Shown here one piece after another: positions 1 to 15,186 of a DNA stretch of 64,000 nt (position 1 is the stretch's first letter; every line of letters begins with the position of its first letter). Source of the DNA: the human T2T-CHM13v2.0 reference genome, Homo sapiens. The position numbers were made by a program, and so were the translations under genes. Under the pieces are notes generated by a model. It was not told where the DNA came from. It did no database searches and saw nothing but the letters and a program-made list of their open reading frames with translations. Location: the NCBI RefSeq assembly GCF_009914755.1, contig NC_060948.1; one strand, 5' to 3'.

Positions 1-35
1 GCTGGGATTACGGGCATGAGCCACCGAACCCGGCC
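1..35 (-). mobile_element. Alu 5' end (element runs off the window)
   Basis: gctgggattacgggcatgagccaccgaacccggcc is the reverse complement of the Alu start GGCCGGG...GTGGCTCATGCCCGTAATCCCAGC. Confidence 0.9.
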
Positions 36-881
36 TCTGATAATATTTTGTAGTTCTGTTGTATCAGTTGTAATATCTTCTTATTCATTTCTAATTGTGC
101 TTTTTTTAATCTTCTCTATTTTTAATCTAGCTAGCATTCAATTAATTTTGTTTATCGCTTCAAAAATAAACTAGTTTAACTGATACTTTGTATGGTTTTT
201 TGGTTTCAAGTTCAATTAGTTCTGCTGTGATGCTGTAAACTTTGTTATTTATTCCTTTTCGTCTGCTAGCATTGAATTTGGTTTCTACTTTATTTTTTAG
301 TTCCTTGAGGTGTGACATGCTGTTATTAATTTGTGATCATTCTGTCTTCTTGATATAAGCATTTAATGCTCCAAACTTCCCTCTTAGCGTTGCTTTTGCT
401 GTATCTCCAAGGTTTTGATATGGTGTTTCTCTATTTTTATATGTTACAATTTTTAAAATGTTCCTCTTACTTTATTTATCCAAACACTGTTCAGGAGCAA
501 GTTTTTAAATTTTCCTGTATTTGTGTGGTTTTGAGAGTTTGTCTTGGAACTGATTTCTTCTTTCATTTCTCTATGATCTGAAATGATACTTGATATAATT
601 TTGATTTTCAAAAATTTACTGAGACTTCTTTTGTAACCTAACATATAGTTTATTTTGGAAAATGGTGCATATGCTGATGAGAAGATTGTATATTCTTTGG
701 TTGTTGGGTAGAATATTCTGTAAATGTCTGTTAGGTCAATTTGGTCTAGAGGCCCATTTAAGTTCAGTATTTCTGTGCTGATTTCCTGTCTTGATAATCT
801 GTCTAGTGCTGTCAGTGGGGATTGAAGTCCGCCACTATTATTGTATTAATATTTATCTCTTAGTTCTATCATTTGTTTCAT

Positions 882-3865
<2,984 letters not shown>

Positions 3866-5040
3866 ATTAACTCCAGATGATTAAAGACTTAAATGTAAGA
3901 CTTAAAACCATAAAAACCCTAGAAGAAAACCTAGGCAGTACCATTCAGGACATAGGCATAGGCAAAGACTTCATGACTAAAACACCAAAAGCAATGGCAA
4001 CAAAAGCCAAAATTGACAAATGAGATCTAATTAAACTAAACAGCTTCTGCACAGCAAAAGAAACTCTCATCAGGATGAACATGCAACCTACAAAAATGAG
4101 AGAAAATTTTTGTAATCTATCCATCTGACAAAGGGCTAATATCCAAACTCTACAATGCACTTAAACTTACAAGAAAAAAACAAACAACCCCATCAAAAAG
4201 TGGGAGAAAGCTATGAACAGACACTTCTCAAAAGAAGACATTTATGCAGCCAACATACATATGAAAAAAAAAGCTCATCATCACTGGTCATTAGAGAAAT
4301 GCAAATCAAAACCACAATGAGATACCATCTCACACCAGTTAGAATGGTGATCATTAAAAAGTCAGGAAACAACAGATGCTGGAGAGGATGTGGAGAAATA
4401 GGAACACTTTTACACTATTGGTGGGAGTGTAAATTAGTTCAACCATTGTAGGAGACAGTGTAGTGATTCCTCAAGGATCTAGAACCAGAAATACCATTTG
4501 ACCCAGCAATCCCATTACTGGGTATATACCCAAAAGATTTGAAATCATTCTACTATAAAGACACATACACAGGTATGTTTATTGCAGCATTATTCAAAAG
4601 AGCAAAGACTTGGAACCAACACAAATGCCCATCAATGTTAGACTGGATAAAGAAAATGTGGCACATATACACCATGGAATACTATAAAGCCATAAAAAAG
4701 GATGAATTCATGTTCTTTGCAGGGACATGGATGAAGCTGGAAACCATCATTCTCAGCAAGCTAACACAGGAACAGAAAACCAAACACCACATGTTCTCAC
4801 TCGTAATTGGGAGTTGAATAATGAGAACATATGGGCACAGGGAGGCGAACATCACACACTGGGGCATGTTGGGGGTTGGGGGGCAAGGGGAGGGATAGCA
4901 TTAGGAGAAATACCTAATGTAGATGACAGGTTGATGGGTGCAGCAAACCACTATGGCATATGTATACCTATGTAACAAACCTGCATGTTCTGCACATGGA
5001 TCCCAGAACTTAAAGTATAAAAAAAAAAAAAAGGAAAAAA
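3866..5040 (+). mobile_element. 5'-truncated L1PA7/8-like 3' fragment with poly(A)
   Basis: ORF2 C-terminal peptides ([32 protein letters not shown]), G-rich 3'UTR with ggagaaatacctaatgtagatgac, and A tail at 5019-5040. Confidence 0.93.
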
Positions 5041-5513
5041 GAACAATTTGTTTTATTAATCTGGGTGGTGTTGGTTAAGATATATGTCAATTTAGGATTG
5101 TTATATCTTCTTGGTAAATTGATCCCTTTATCATTTGATTGTCTTCTTTGGATTTTTTCACTGTTGTTTATTAAAAGTCTGTTTTGCCTGATATAAGTAT
5201 TGCTACTCCTGCTAACTTTTTTTGGCATGGAATGTCTTTTTAAAGCACTTTACTTTTAATGTGTCAGTATATTTTTCAGTTAGTTGAATCTTTTATAAGC
5301 AGCATATGGTTCCATCCTGTTTTTTTTTTCTCTCTATTCTGCTGATCCATATCTTTTAAGTGGAACATTTAATCCATTTACATTCAAAGTTAATATTGAT
5401 ATATAAGCTTTTTTTCCTTTTGTAATGTTGTTACCTAGTTGACTTGTAGCCTCAATTGTAATTGTTTATAAGAACTATAAGCTTTATGCTTCTGAGTCTT
5501 TTATGATGGCAAA

Positions 5514-5924
5514 TAATATTGTTTGGATGTGTGTCACTTTCATGTTGAAACGTGATACCCAATTTTGGAAGCAGGGCCAAGTGGGAACTGTTTGATTCAT
5601 AGTGGCGGACTTCTCATAAATGACTTAATGCTGTCCTCACAGCAGTGAATGAGTTCTCACTCTATTAGTTTACATGAAAGATGATTATTTAAAAGAGCTT
5701 AGAACCTTCTTCTCTCTCTTTGTTCTCACTCTTGCCATGTGACACACCTCCTTCCTCTTTACCTTTTCCCTGGGTAAAATCTTCCTGAGGATTCACTAGA
5801 AGCTGAGAAGATACTGGTGCCATGCTTGAATATTCCAAATCACCATGAGCAAAATAAGCCTTTTTTCTTTGTAAATTACTCACCTTCAGTTATTTCTTTA
5901 TAGTGACACAAACAGACTAACATA
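5514..5924 (+). mobile_element. MaLR solo LTR, MST family
   Basis: Begins taatattgtttggatgtgtg, contains gaatgagttctcactctattagtt and cttgccatgtga, ends acagactaacata. 5-bp TSD gcaaa/gcaag. Confidence 0.85.
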
Positions 5925-6696
5925 GCAAGTGTTGACATTTTGTTTTAGCGTTTAGAGCTCCCTTCAGCATTTCTTATAGATCTGGTCTAGTGGTGACAAA
6001 TTCTCAGAATTTCTTTTTGTCTGGAAAACACTGTTTCTTTTTCATTTACAAAGCTTAGTTTAGCAGGATACAAAATGTGGTTGCCAGTGTTTTTTTTAAG
6101 AAGTATTAAAATAGAACCCAAATCTCTTCTGGTTTGTAAGGTTTCTACTGCAAAGTTTGCTGTTAGTCTGATTGAATTTCCTTTATAGGTGATTAGATGC
6201 TTCTCCTTTGGTAAATTTAGTATTTTTTCCTGCATGTTAACTTTAGATAGTCTGATGACTATATGTTTTGTTGAAGTCTGTCTTGCAACGTATCCTCTTT
6301 GAGTTCTCTGTACCGCTTGTATCTGGATGTCTAAATAACTAGCAAGATGAGAATGTTTGCCTCAATTACTTCCTCAAATAGGTTTTCCAAACACTTTACT
6401 TTTTCTTCTTACTCAGGAATTTCTATGACTTGTAGATTTGAATGTTTTACATAATTCCCACACCTCTTGAAGGTTTTATTTACATTTTTATTATTCTTTT
6501 TTTTTCTTTTTTGTCTGATTGGGTTATTTTGAAAAACCCGTCTTCAAGCCTTAAGATTCTTTCTTCTTGACCTAGTGTATTTTAAAGTTTTCAATCAGAT
6601 TATGTAATTCCTAGTTAAATTTTTTTTTATGTCCAGAAATTGTGGTTGTTTGTCTTTTAATATCTAGCTCTTTGGTAAATTTTTCCTTTGTATCTG

Positions 6697-7797
6697 TGTT
6701 GCAGGAAGTCAGGGACCCAGAATGGAGGGACCGGCTGGAGCCACAGCAGAGGAACATAAATTGTGAAGATTTCATGGACATTTATCAGTTCCCAAAATTA
6801 ATACTTTTATAATTTCTTATGCCTGCCTTTACTGCAATCTCTGAATATAAATTGTGAAGATTTCATGGACATTTATCAGTTCCCAAATAATACTCTTATA
6901 ATTTCTTATGCCTGTCTTTACTTTAATCTCTTAATCCTGTTATCTTTGTAAGCTGAGAATGTATGTCACCTCAGGACCACTATTGTACAAATTGATTGTA
7001 AAACATGTGTGTTTGAACAATATGAAATCAGTGCACCTTGAAAAAGAACAGAATTACAGCAATTTTCAGGGAACAAGGGAAGACAACCATAAGGTCTGAC
7101 TGCCTGCGGGGTCGGGCAGAATACAGTTATATTTTTCTTCTTGCAGAGAGCCTATAAATGGACATGGGAGTAGGAGATATATCACTCAATTCTTTTTCCA
7201 GCAAGGAATATTAATAATTAATACCCTGGGGAAGGAATGCATTCCTGGGGGGAGGTCTATAAATGGCCGCTCTGGGAGTGTCTGTCTTATGCAGTTGAGA
7301 TAAGGACTGAAATATGCCCTGGTCTCCTGCAGTAACCTCAGGCTCACTAGGGTGGGGAAAATCCCCACCCTGGTGAATTTGAGGTCAGACCAGTTCTCTG
7401 CTCTCGAGCTCTGTCTTCTGTTGTTTAAGATGTTTATCAAGACAATAATGTGCACAGCTGAACATAAACCCTCATCAGTAATTCTAATTTTGCCCTTTGC
7501 CTTGTGATCTTTGCTTTCCCCTTTGCCTTGTGATCTTTTTGCCCTTTGAAGCATGTGATCTTTGTGACCTACTCCCTGTTCTTGAACCCCCTCCCCATTT
7601 GAAATCCTCAATAAAAACCTGGTGGTTTTGCAGCTCGGGCGGGCATCACAGGCCTACCGATATGTGATGTCACCCCCAGCAGCCCAGCTGTAAAATTCCT
7701 CTTTTTGTACTCTTACTCTTTATTTCTCAGACTGGCCAACACTTAGGGAAAATAAAAAGAATCTATGTTGAAATATTGGGGATGGGTTCCCCCGATA
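6697..7797 (+). mobile_element. MER11 solo LTR (HERV-K11/HML-8)
   Basis: Starts tgttgcaggaagtcagggacccc-like, has the duplicated ataaattgtgaagatttcatggacatttatcagttccca unit, AATAAA near 7610, ends ggttcccccgata. Perfect 6-bp TSD tatctg (6691-6696 / 7798-7803), typical of ERVK. Confidence 0.93.
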
Positions 7798-9869
7798 TAT
7801 CTGAATTTTTTTTTTATTTTCTTTTGTTGGTTTCCAACTGTTTTTGTATCTGCTGGAATTTCTTTAAAATCAGTATTTTGAATTATTTATCTGTTATTTC
7901 AAAGTTTAATTTTGTTTAATATCCATTCATATAAAGGTCTGATTCTTTGAGGGTGTTTCAACACTTTATTTTTTGTATACTTCCAGAATGTTTCTCTGAT
8001 TAATTTTCTTCTGGATAAAATATCTCTTATTATTATGTTTGAATTTATTTGCATTTGAACGTGATTTGTTTTTCTCCTTGAGGATGCGGCTACAATATAT
8101 GTGTGTAGGGTAGTTTGGCTTCGGGGTTATTTCAGGAGGAAAGACTCTGGATGATGTTCTTGGTTATAGATAGCCTTTGTGTGTTAGCTTCTTCAAATTC
8201 TGGTTTTAGTAGCATTGTGTTGGGTTTGTGAACATGCTCACGGCCTCCTGCATAGCCAAATTGTTGAAGGTCTCAGGAAGATCATCTCATTCCCCATCGC
8301 TGTGCATTTGTGTCAACAGATTTTGTATTGGGTTGTGCAGTTCAATCTCCAGGCAAGTAGGTGGTGTTTATGGGTAAGAGCCAGCTGCAACAGACACAGA
8401 AGGTTATATGCTTGATTATTGTTTATTGAGAGAAGCTCTATGTAGCCTCAGGCAATGGGACAGTCTGTGGAATGCACAGTGGCCAAAGCTTCCTACTCAG
8501 CCCCTCTAGGGGGGCAAAGGTGGGTGGACCTTTTCTGTCATGCCCACTCTTGGATACACCAATGGTGGGCACAAGTACCAGCCCTGATGTGAGCACCAAG
8601 GACAGTGCCTGGTGTAATGCACCAAGGCCACCACACAGAGAGGGAGGTGACTATTCTAGATCCATGGCCTTGGCAGGTGTGAATGTGATCTCCTTCCTTG
8701 TCACAACCATGTCCCAGTGCTTGAGACACTCAGAATGGGCATACACCACTGTCTATCTCCAGGCTGCAATGTTGCCCAAAGCCATGAAAGACACCTGACC
8801 CTTGACTCATTGTTGGGACATATTTTGTATAGGACCTTCTTCCTTAGCCCAAAACACACAGCTTTGTGGGTCTCCTGCTCTCCACTGTGAGAAAGAATGC
8901 TGATGCTCCATGCAGAGAGGGGCAGGTGCCCCACCTTTTGTGCAAGCCAATGCTCAGTGGGAATACTATCAGTGGGGGTGCAGTCACTCCAATAGCCCTA
9001 GAATGGCCATATTCTGGCATGCCCATGCCACTTTCCTCTGGGTAGCAAACATGGCTGTGTCTGCCACAGTGCCTTCCTCTCCACACCTTAGCCCAAGCAC
9101 TGAGGCCACTGGGTCACTGGGTCACTGAGATGGAACCACACTCCTTTCTTGTAGAGCTAAGCACAGTGCCCACGTCCCCACTGGAAGTGGTGCCGTCACT
9201 CTCAGCCCAGAAGGGGGAAGAATTTGAGCACAGGAAAATGGCTTCTCTGCTTTCTTTTGTCCCAGTGGGTGCTTCCTTGATGCACTGCTTTCTCCCTTTG
9301 CTTAGGAGCAACAGTCCCTGTCGTCTAAAACCCTGAAGCTCCTCTGGGTCCAGTCACTCTCGTGTGGCTGCCACAATCTGAGTGAGTGCTGGGTAATATC
9401 TGCAGGGGCTCTGGCAATGTGTAGACAAAAGAGTTGAGAGAACTGAGGCTTCCTGGTTCTGACATAGTTCCTCAATGGCTGCACCCCCCGTATGGCACCC
9501 TGCCACTGCAGCTTGGAACCTGGGATAGGATGAGAAACCTGGTGCAAGTGGGTAGTCTGGTGTAATGCCTTCCAGAAATTCCCAAACCACTGTCCACACC
9601 AGTGATTGAATTCATGAAATCAGAGGAGCCCTCTGTCAGTTTGGATACCTGCAGCCTGCCACAGGTTTGAGAAGAGTCAAAAACATCTCCACCTATACTT
9701 TCAATGAAATACCGAGTCTCTTATGGTTTCTAGCTGATCTCTGCCAGTCTCTTCCTTCTTTGTTTTTCTGTGCCTTAGCTTCTTCCCATGAGTTCTCCAC
9801 TAGGATCCAGCACTCTTCCCTTCATATTCTATTTGAGTTATCATTATTCACCTGTAATTTTGTTCCTTC

Positions 9870-11413
9870 TGTGTCCGGAATTGGTGGGTTCTTGGTCTCA
9901 CTGACTTCAAGAATGAGGCCGCGGACGCTCGCGGTGACTGTTACAGCTCTTAAGGTGGCGCGTCTGGAGTCTGTCCCTTCTGATGTTCAGATGTGTTCGG
10001 AGTTTCTTCCTTCTGGTGGGTTCTTGGTCTCGCTGGCTCAGGAGTGAAGCTGCAGACCTTAGCAGTGAGTGTTACAGCTCTTAAGGCAGCACCTCTGGAG
10101 TTGTTCATTCCTCCCGGTGGGCTCGTGGTCTCGCTGGACTCAGGAGTGAAGCTGCAGATCTTCGCAGTGAGTGTTACAGCTCATAAAAGCAGCGTGGACC
10201 CAAAGAGTGAGCAGTAGCAAGATTTATTGCAAAGAGCGAAAGAACAAAGCTTCTACAGTGTGGAAGGGGACGCGAGCGGGTTGCCAATGCTGGCTCGGGC
10301 AGCCTGGTTTTATTCTCTTACCTGGTCCCACCTACATCCTGCTGATTGGTAGAGCCCAGTGGCCTGTTTTGTCAGGGCACTGATTGGTGCGTTTACAATC
10401 CCTGAGCTAGATACAAAGGTTCTCCACGTCTCCATCAGATTACTTAGCTACAGAGTTTCCACACACAGATTCTCCAAGGCCCCACCAGAGCAGTTAGATA
10501 CAGTGTCGATTGGTGCATTCACAAACCTTGAGCTAAACACAGGGTGCTGATTGGCGTGTTTACAAACCTTGAGCTAGATACAGAGTGCCGATTGGTGTAT
10601 TTATAATCCTTGAGTTAGACATAAAGACTCTCCACGTCCTCACCAGAGCAGCTAGATACAGTGTCGATTGGTGCACTCACAAACCTTGAGCTAAACACAG
10701 GGTGCTGATTGGTGTATTTACAATCCCTGAGCTAGATATAAAGACTCTCCAGGTCCCCACCAGACTCAGGAGCCCAGCTGGTTTCACCTAGTGGATCCCA
10801 CACTGGGGCTGCAGGTGGAGCTGCCTGCCACTCCTGCACCATGCGCTCGCATTCCTCAGCCCTTGGGTGGTCGATGGGACTGGGCGCCGAGGAGCAGGGG
10901 GTGGCGCTCGTCAGGGAGGCTCAGGCCGCACAGGAGCCCATGGAGTGGGTGGGAGGCTCAGGCATGGTGGGCTGCAGGTCCCGAGCCCTGCCTCGCGGGA
11001 AGGCAGCTAAGGCCCGGCGAGAAATCGAGCGCAGCACTGGTGGGCCAGCACTGCTGGGGGACTCAGTACACCCTCCACAGCCACTGGCCCAGGTGCTAAG
11101 TCCCCCATTGCCCGGGGCCAGCAGGGCTGGCTGGCTGCTCCGAGTGCGGGGCCCACCAAGCCCCCACCCACCCGGAACTCCAGCTGGCCCGCAAGCGCCG
11201 CATGCAGCCCCAGTTCCCGCTCGTGCCTCTCCCTCCACACCTCCCTGCAAGCTGAGGGAGTGGGCTCTGGCCTTGGCCAGCCCAGAAAGGGGCTCCCACA
11301 GTGCAGTGGGGGGCTGAAGGGCTCCTCAAATGCCACAAAGTGGGAGCCCAGGCAGGGGAGGTGCCGAGAGCAAGCGAGGGCTCTGAGGACTGCCAGCACG
11401 CTGTCACCTCTCA
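9870..11413 (-). mobile_element. LTR12C solo LTR (ERV9/HERV-9)
   Basis: Reverse complement starts TGAGAGGTGACAGCGTGCTGGCAGTCCTC and ends CCAATTCCGGACACA. CpG-rich U3 and tandem CCAAT/GATA-like units. Perfect 4-bp TSD cttc (9866-9869 / 11414-11417). Confidence 0.96.
10300..10745 (-). promoter_or_regulatory. LTR12 U3 enhancer/promoter: array of NF-Y CCAAT boxes plus AATAAAA TATA-like box
   Basis: Seven gattgg (CCAATC on -) motifs between about 10344 and 10711, interspersed with tagata motifs. ttttatt at about 10307-10313. NF-Y dependence of ERV9 LTRs is established, but activity of this copy is not shown. Confidence 0.7.
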
Positions 11414-11479
11414 CTTCTTTCTGAGGATAACTGGCATCAAACATCCCCAGACAGCCATCTTGAAAATAAAAACTTTCTT

Positions 11480-12000
11480 CAATGTATTTTTTGCCTTTTT
11501 GCCAATTTTTGTACTGAAATGTTAGGCCCCTTTTTGTTTACTGATTTATACATATTCCTTGTGGTTCAAGATACTAACTTCCCGTCAAAATGTTGGAAAT
11601 TTTTTCCTCCATTTTGCAGTTTGATTTCCATTTTACTTGTGTTGTTTGGTATATCATCAAAGTTTATTGCATTTTTAATATATTCAAACCTATAACTTTT
11701 TAATAACATATTTTGCTTTCATGTCATACTTTTAAAGGTTGCTAATCCTAGCATTGCAAGAGCTGTTACTTCTCTAATTATATTTTAATAGCTCAATCTT
11801 GTATATATTTGGCATTTACTTTTGGTGTTAGAAATGGATTAAGATTATATTTTATTTTTTCTCAGGACTATATAATTACCACCAAATTATTGTCTTTTCT
11901 CATGTCAATATTCTTAGTATTTTATTCTGTTCTGTTATGTAATCTATCTGCTCTTGTACTTCAGTTGATTATTTTGGATTTGATAGGGATAAAATTTGAC
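11480..12000 (-). mobile_element. Highly degraded L1M fragment
   Basis: Residual antisense ORF2 motifs such as ttttgccaattttt, caagatactaacttcccgtc and ggaaattttttcctcc. Confidence 0.45.
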
Positions 12001-12409
12001 CACTTTGATTTTATTGATTGTCTTTTGAGGGTCTATTGAAATAATGATTACAACACTGGACTTTTATTGTGCTTGGGCCAAAACAGATAAGCAACTATCC
12101 GTTTAATTTACTACTTTGCTTTAAAAATCGCTCTTAAATTTGCCACATCAGCCATTTCCCATGCATTTTTTTTTAACATTCTGGTTTGATTTTGCTAATT
12201 ATTTTCTTCTGTTTTCCATTGTTTGATACATTTTCATTTTATTTTATTAAAGATTAGAAAAGTATTGGTTTATAATTTCTACTACCTCTTTTTCAACTCT
12301 CCAGTCCTGTCTGCACCTCCATATTTTTCTTTATACTTACTAAGATTTTTGTTTCTGAATATTATGACTTTATTAGGACTATTTTTAGACTTTTCAATTT
12401 AAAAAAATA

Positions 12410-12675
12410 ATATGCATTGAGGTGCAATTTTACTACAATAAAATGCACCCACTTTAAATATATGCACTGTGTAATCACCATATACACTTTAAATATACGC
12501 ACTGTGTAATCACCAGATAAAATTTGTATCACCCCAAAATATTCACTTAGGTTTATACTCATCCTTTATGTAAACCCTGAACTGGTTTTTGTCTCTATAG
12601 TTAAGTTATGCCTTCACTAGAGTTTCATAAAAATGTAATCATACAGTATCTACACTTTTGTATTTCCTGTTTTAA
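12410..12675 (-). mobile_element. L1MB/L1ME 3' end
   Basis: ttgaggtgcaattttactacaataaaatgcacccactttaa ... aaatgtaatcatacagtat. Confidence 0.7.
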
Positions 12676-14147
12676 ATAGCTTTGCTTAAATATCATATTA
12701 GAATTTCTCAATAATATAATTTTTATTTATCTTTATTTTTTTCACAGTTTTTCTATGTTGGCCCCTCCTCTTCCTTTGTTTTTACCCTCTTTTGGGGGTA
12801 GTAGAGTGAAAGTGAAATAGTCCCTCTTTTTCTTTAAGCCTGATGATAGAATATAGAACCCAAAAGACAATAAAACTACAATAATCAAAAAGATAATTTG
12901 GTGCAAAAATAATAGTTTCTTCAGAATGCTATAAAAATTCAAGTGCTAAATTGGAGATAAAAGTGTGTGTGAGACTTGACCCTTGCTTTAAGTAAGTTTT
13001 CATTCCTGAAATACAGATAAGACATGTTCTTAAACAACCAAAAAAGCAGGCATTATGTGGTTAAAACTGTAAAATTCTAATAAAATATTACAGGATTTCA
13101 AAAAAACGAAGTGCTAGCAAGAGAAAGTTTAGAAAATATTTAATGAGAGGTATATCATGCTCATATTTAATAATTCACACATTTGATATTTCCTTTCAGA
13201 GATACATAACAATCTTTTAATCTTACTCACTTCCAATATATGCTGAGAAGTAGATAAAGGGATGAAACTTTGATTTGCATCACATCATTTATATCTAAGC
13301 TCTCAAAAAATAATTTTATTTCAGGTGTTTATTCACTAAGTTTCATTCACTATTTGTATTTACTCCAGAGGAGGAAAACACAAATAAACATAAATTTTCT
13401 TCCATTCTACCCATCAAATCTATCATTTGTGTATGTATTATTTAGCATTAATTTTACAAATGATATACAATTCAATTCAATTGGAGAGATCTAGTACAGA
13501 ATGCTTATAGATGATCTAGATGTGTGATAATATAAAATAAATGAAATTCAGAATACCTGATACAATTAATTTTGAAGTTTTCAGTCAACAATGTTTTAGG
13601 TAAGAAATATTTCTTAATCATTAATATTTGGTAGTTATTCCAGTATTTGATATATAAATGTGTTCTTAATTAGCATGTTAGCCTTATACAAAAATTATTC
13701 ATTTATTTTAAAACACTATAAATTGAATTATATTTCTTTTTAAAAATTTTGTATACATTGAAGATGACAAAACATTTATTCTAGAATATCTTGGCAAGAA
13801 CACATGAGTACCTTGGCTCTATAAGGATGATACATGTGTCTTAAAATGGAAGATCAAATATTAGTGTCAAGCGGCAATGTCAATGGTAACTCTTACTTAC
13901 TAAATGCTGCAACACATGTTAAGAAGAAAGTGGTATAAATTAGGAAATGTCATTTATTGTAAGTAAAAATATATTTATTTATAAATAAATTTCAATTACA
14001 AGTCTTCAAAAATGGGTTGTCACCCATTAGCACTCCAATTGTAAATTATAGGTTAAGTTATAACTTTTTGTTCTGTTCATCATAAAATGAAACAAATATG
14101 GCTTATATTCACATTTCTCCTTATATTTCCAGAAAGCATAGTATAAT

Positions 14148-14667
14148 TGTATTAGTCGGGGTTCTCTAGAGGGGCACACCTAATAGGATATATGTGTATA
14201 TAAAGGGGAGTTTATTAAGGAGTATTGACTCACACAATCACAAGGTGAAGTTCCACAATAGGCCATCCGCAAGCTGAGGAGCAAGGAAGCCAGTCCGAGT
14301 CCCATAAACCTCAAAACTAGGGAAGCCAACAGTACAGCCTTCAGTCTGTGGTCGAAGGTCCAAGAGTCCCAAAGCTGAAGAACTTGGAGTCTGATGTTCA
14401 AGGGCAGGAAGCATCCAGCACAGGAGAAAGATAGAGCCCAGAAGACTCACCCAGTCTAGCCTTTTCACGTTCTTCTGTCTACTTTTTATTCTGGTTGCAC
14501 TGGCAGTTGATTAGATGGTGCCCACCCAGATTGAGGGTGAGTCTGCCTTTCCCAGTCCACTGACTCAAATGTAAATCTCCTTTGCCAACACCCTCACAGA
14601 CACACCCAGGAACAATACTTTGCATCCTTCAATCCGATCAAGTTGACACTCAATACTAACCATCACG
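14148..14667 (-). mobile_element. MLT2A solo LTR (HERV-L)
   Basis: tgtattagtcggggttctctagagg ... caatccgatcaagttgacactcaatactaaccatcacg is the reverse complement of the MLT2A termini. The 5-bp flanks ataat/atgac are a degenerate TSD. Confidence 0.92.
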
Positions 14668-15186
14668 ATGACAAAAAGAAAAGGTGTTTTACACAGTTTA
14701 ATATATTCCAGGAAGTCTTTTGTAAGATTCTCTAATTTTGATAGATTTACCCTCAATGATTTTATTTCTCTAGTTTTGTAATGCTATTTGAATTTTTGCT
14801 TCTTTTGAGATTTTTTTCTAAAAGACAAATTTTAAAAAAACTTGAAAGATCCTTGTCTAAATAAAAGTCAGTGGAAGTCAGCTAGAAACATGAGGAGTGG
14901 CAATATCACATTTTTCATTACCAAAACCATGCAAAAAATACAAATAACATGTTTCTTAAGAGGATTAATAATGTTAGAAAATAGTAAATTCAATACTATT
15001 TTTCAGACTATAAAATATTATAAAGAAGTGTTTTATATATGTTGATATTATAATAAAACCAAAATATATTTCTGTAAAGTATTTTGTCTTTATTCTCATC
15101 ATTTTATTCTCTATATTTCTTAGAATAATTTTTCAAGATTTGTCATTCCTGCCTTTTCCCTCCTCCACAATTCAACTGTACTCTTA

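Noticed and set aside
4861-4893. G-quadruplex-like tract
   Set aside because: Standard G-rich tract of the L1PA 3'UTR, not locus-specific.
8215-9660. Cluster of short ORFs in GC-richer DNA suggesting a gene or CpG island
   Set aside because: It is the CpG-depleted 5'UTR of the old minus-strand L1.
10340-10745. Repeat-spacer pattern resembling a CRISPR array
   Set aside because: These are the tandem enhancer units of ERV9 U3. The intervening sequences are not unique spacers and the context is primate DNA without cas genes.
10791-11444. Overlapping GC-rich ORFs of 102-158 aa on both strands
   Set aside because: All lie in the GC-rich U3 of LTR12C, where stop codons are scarce. No recognisable protein.
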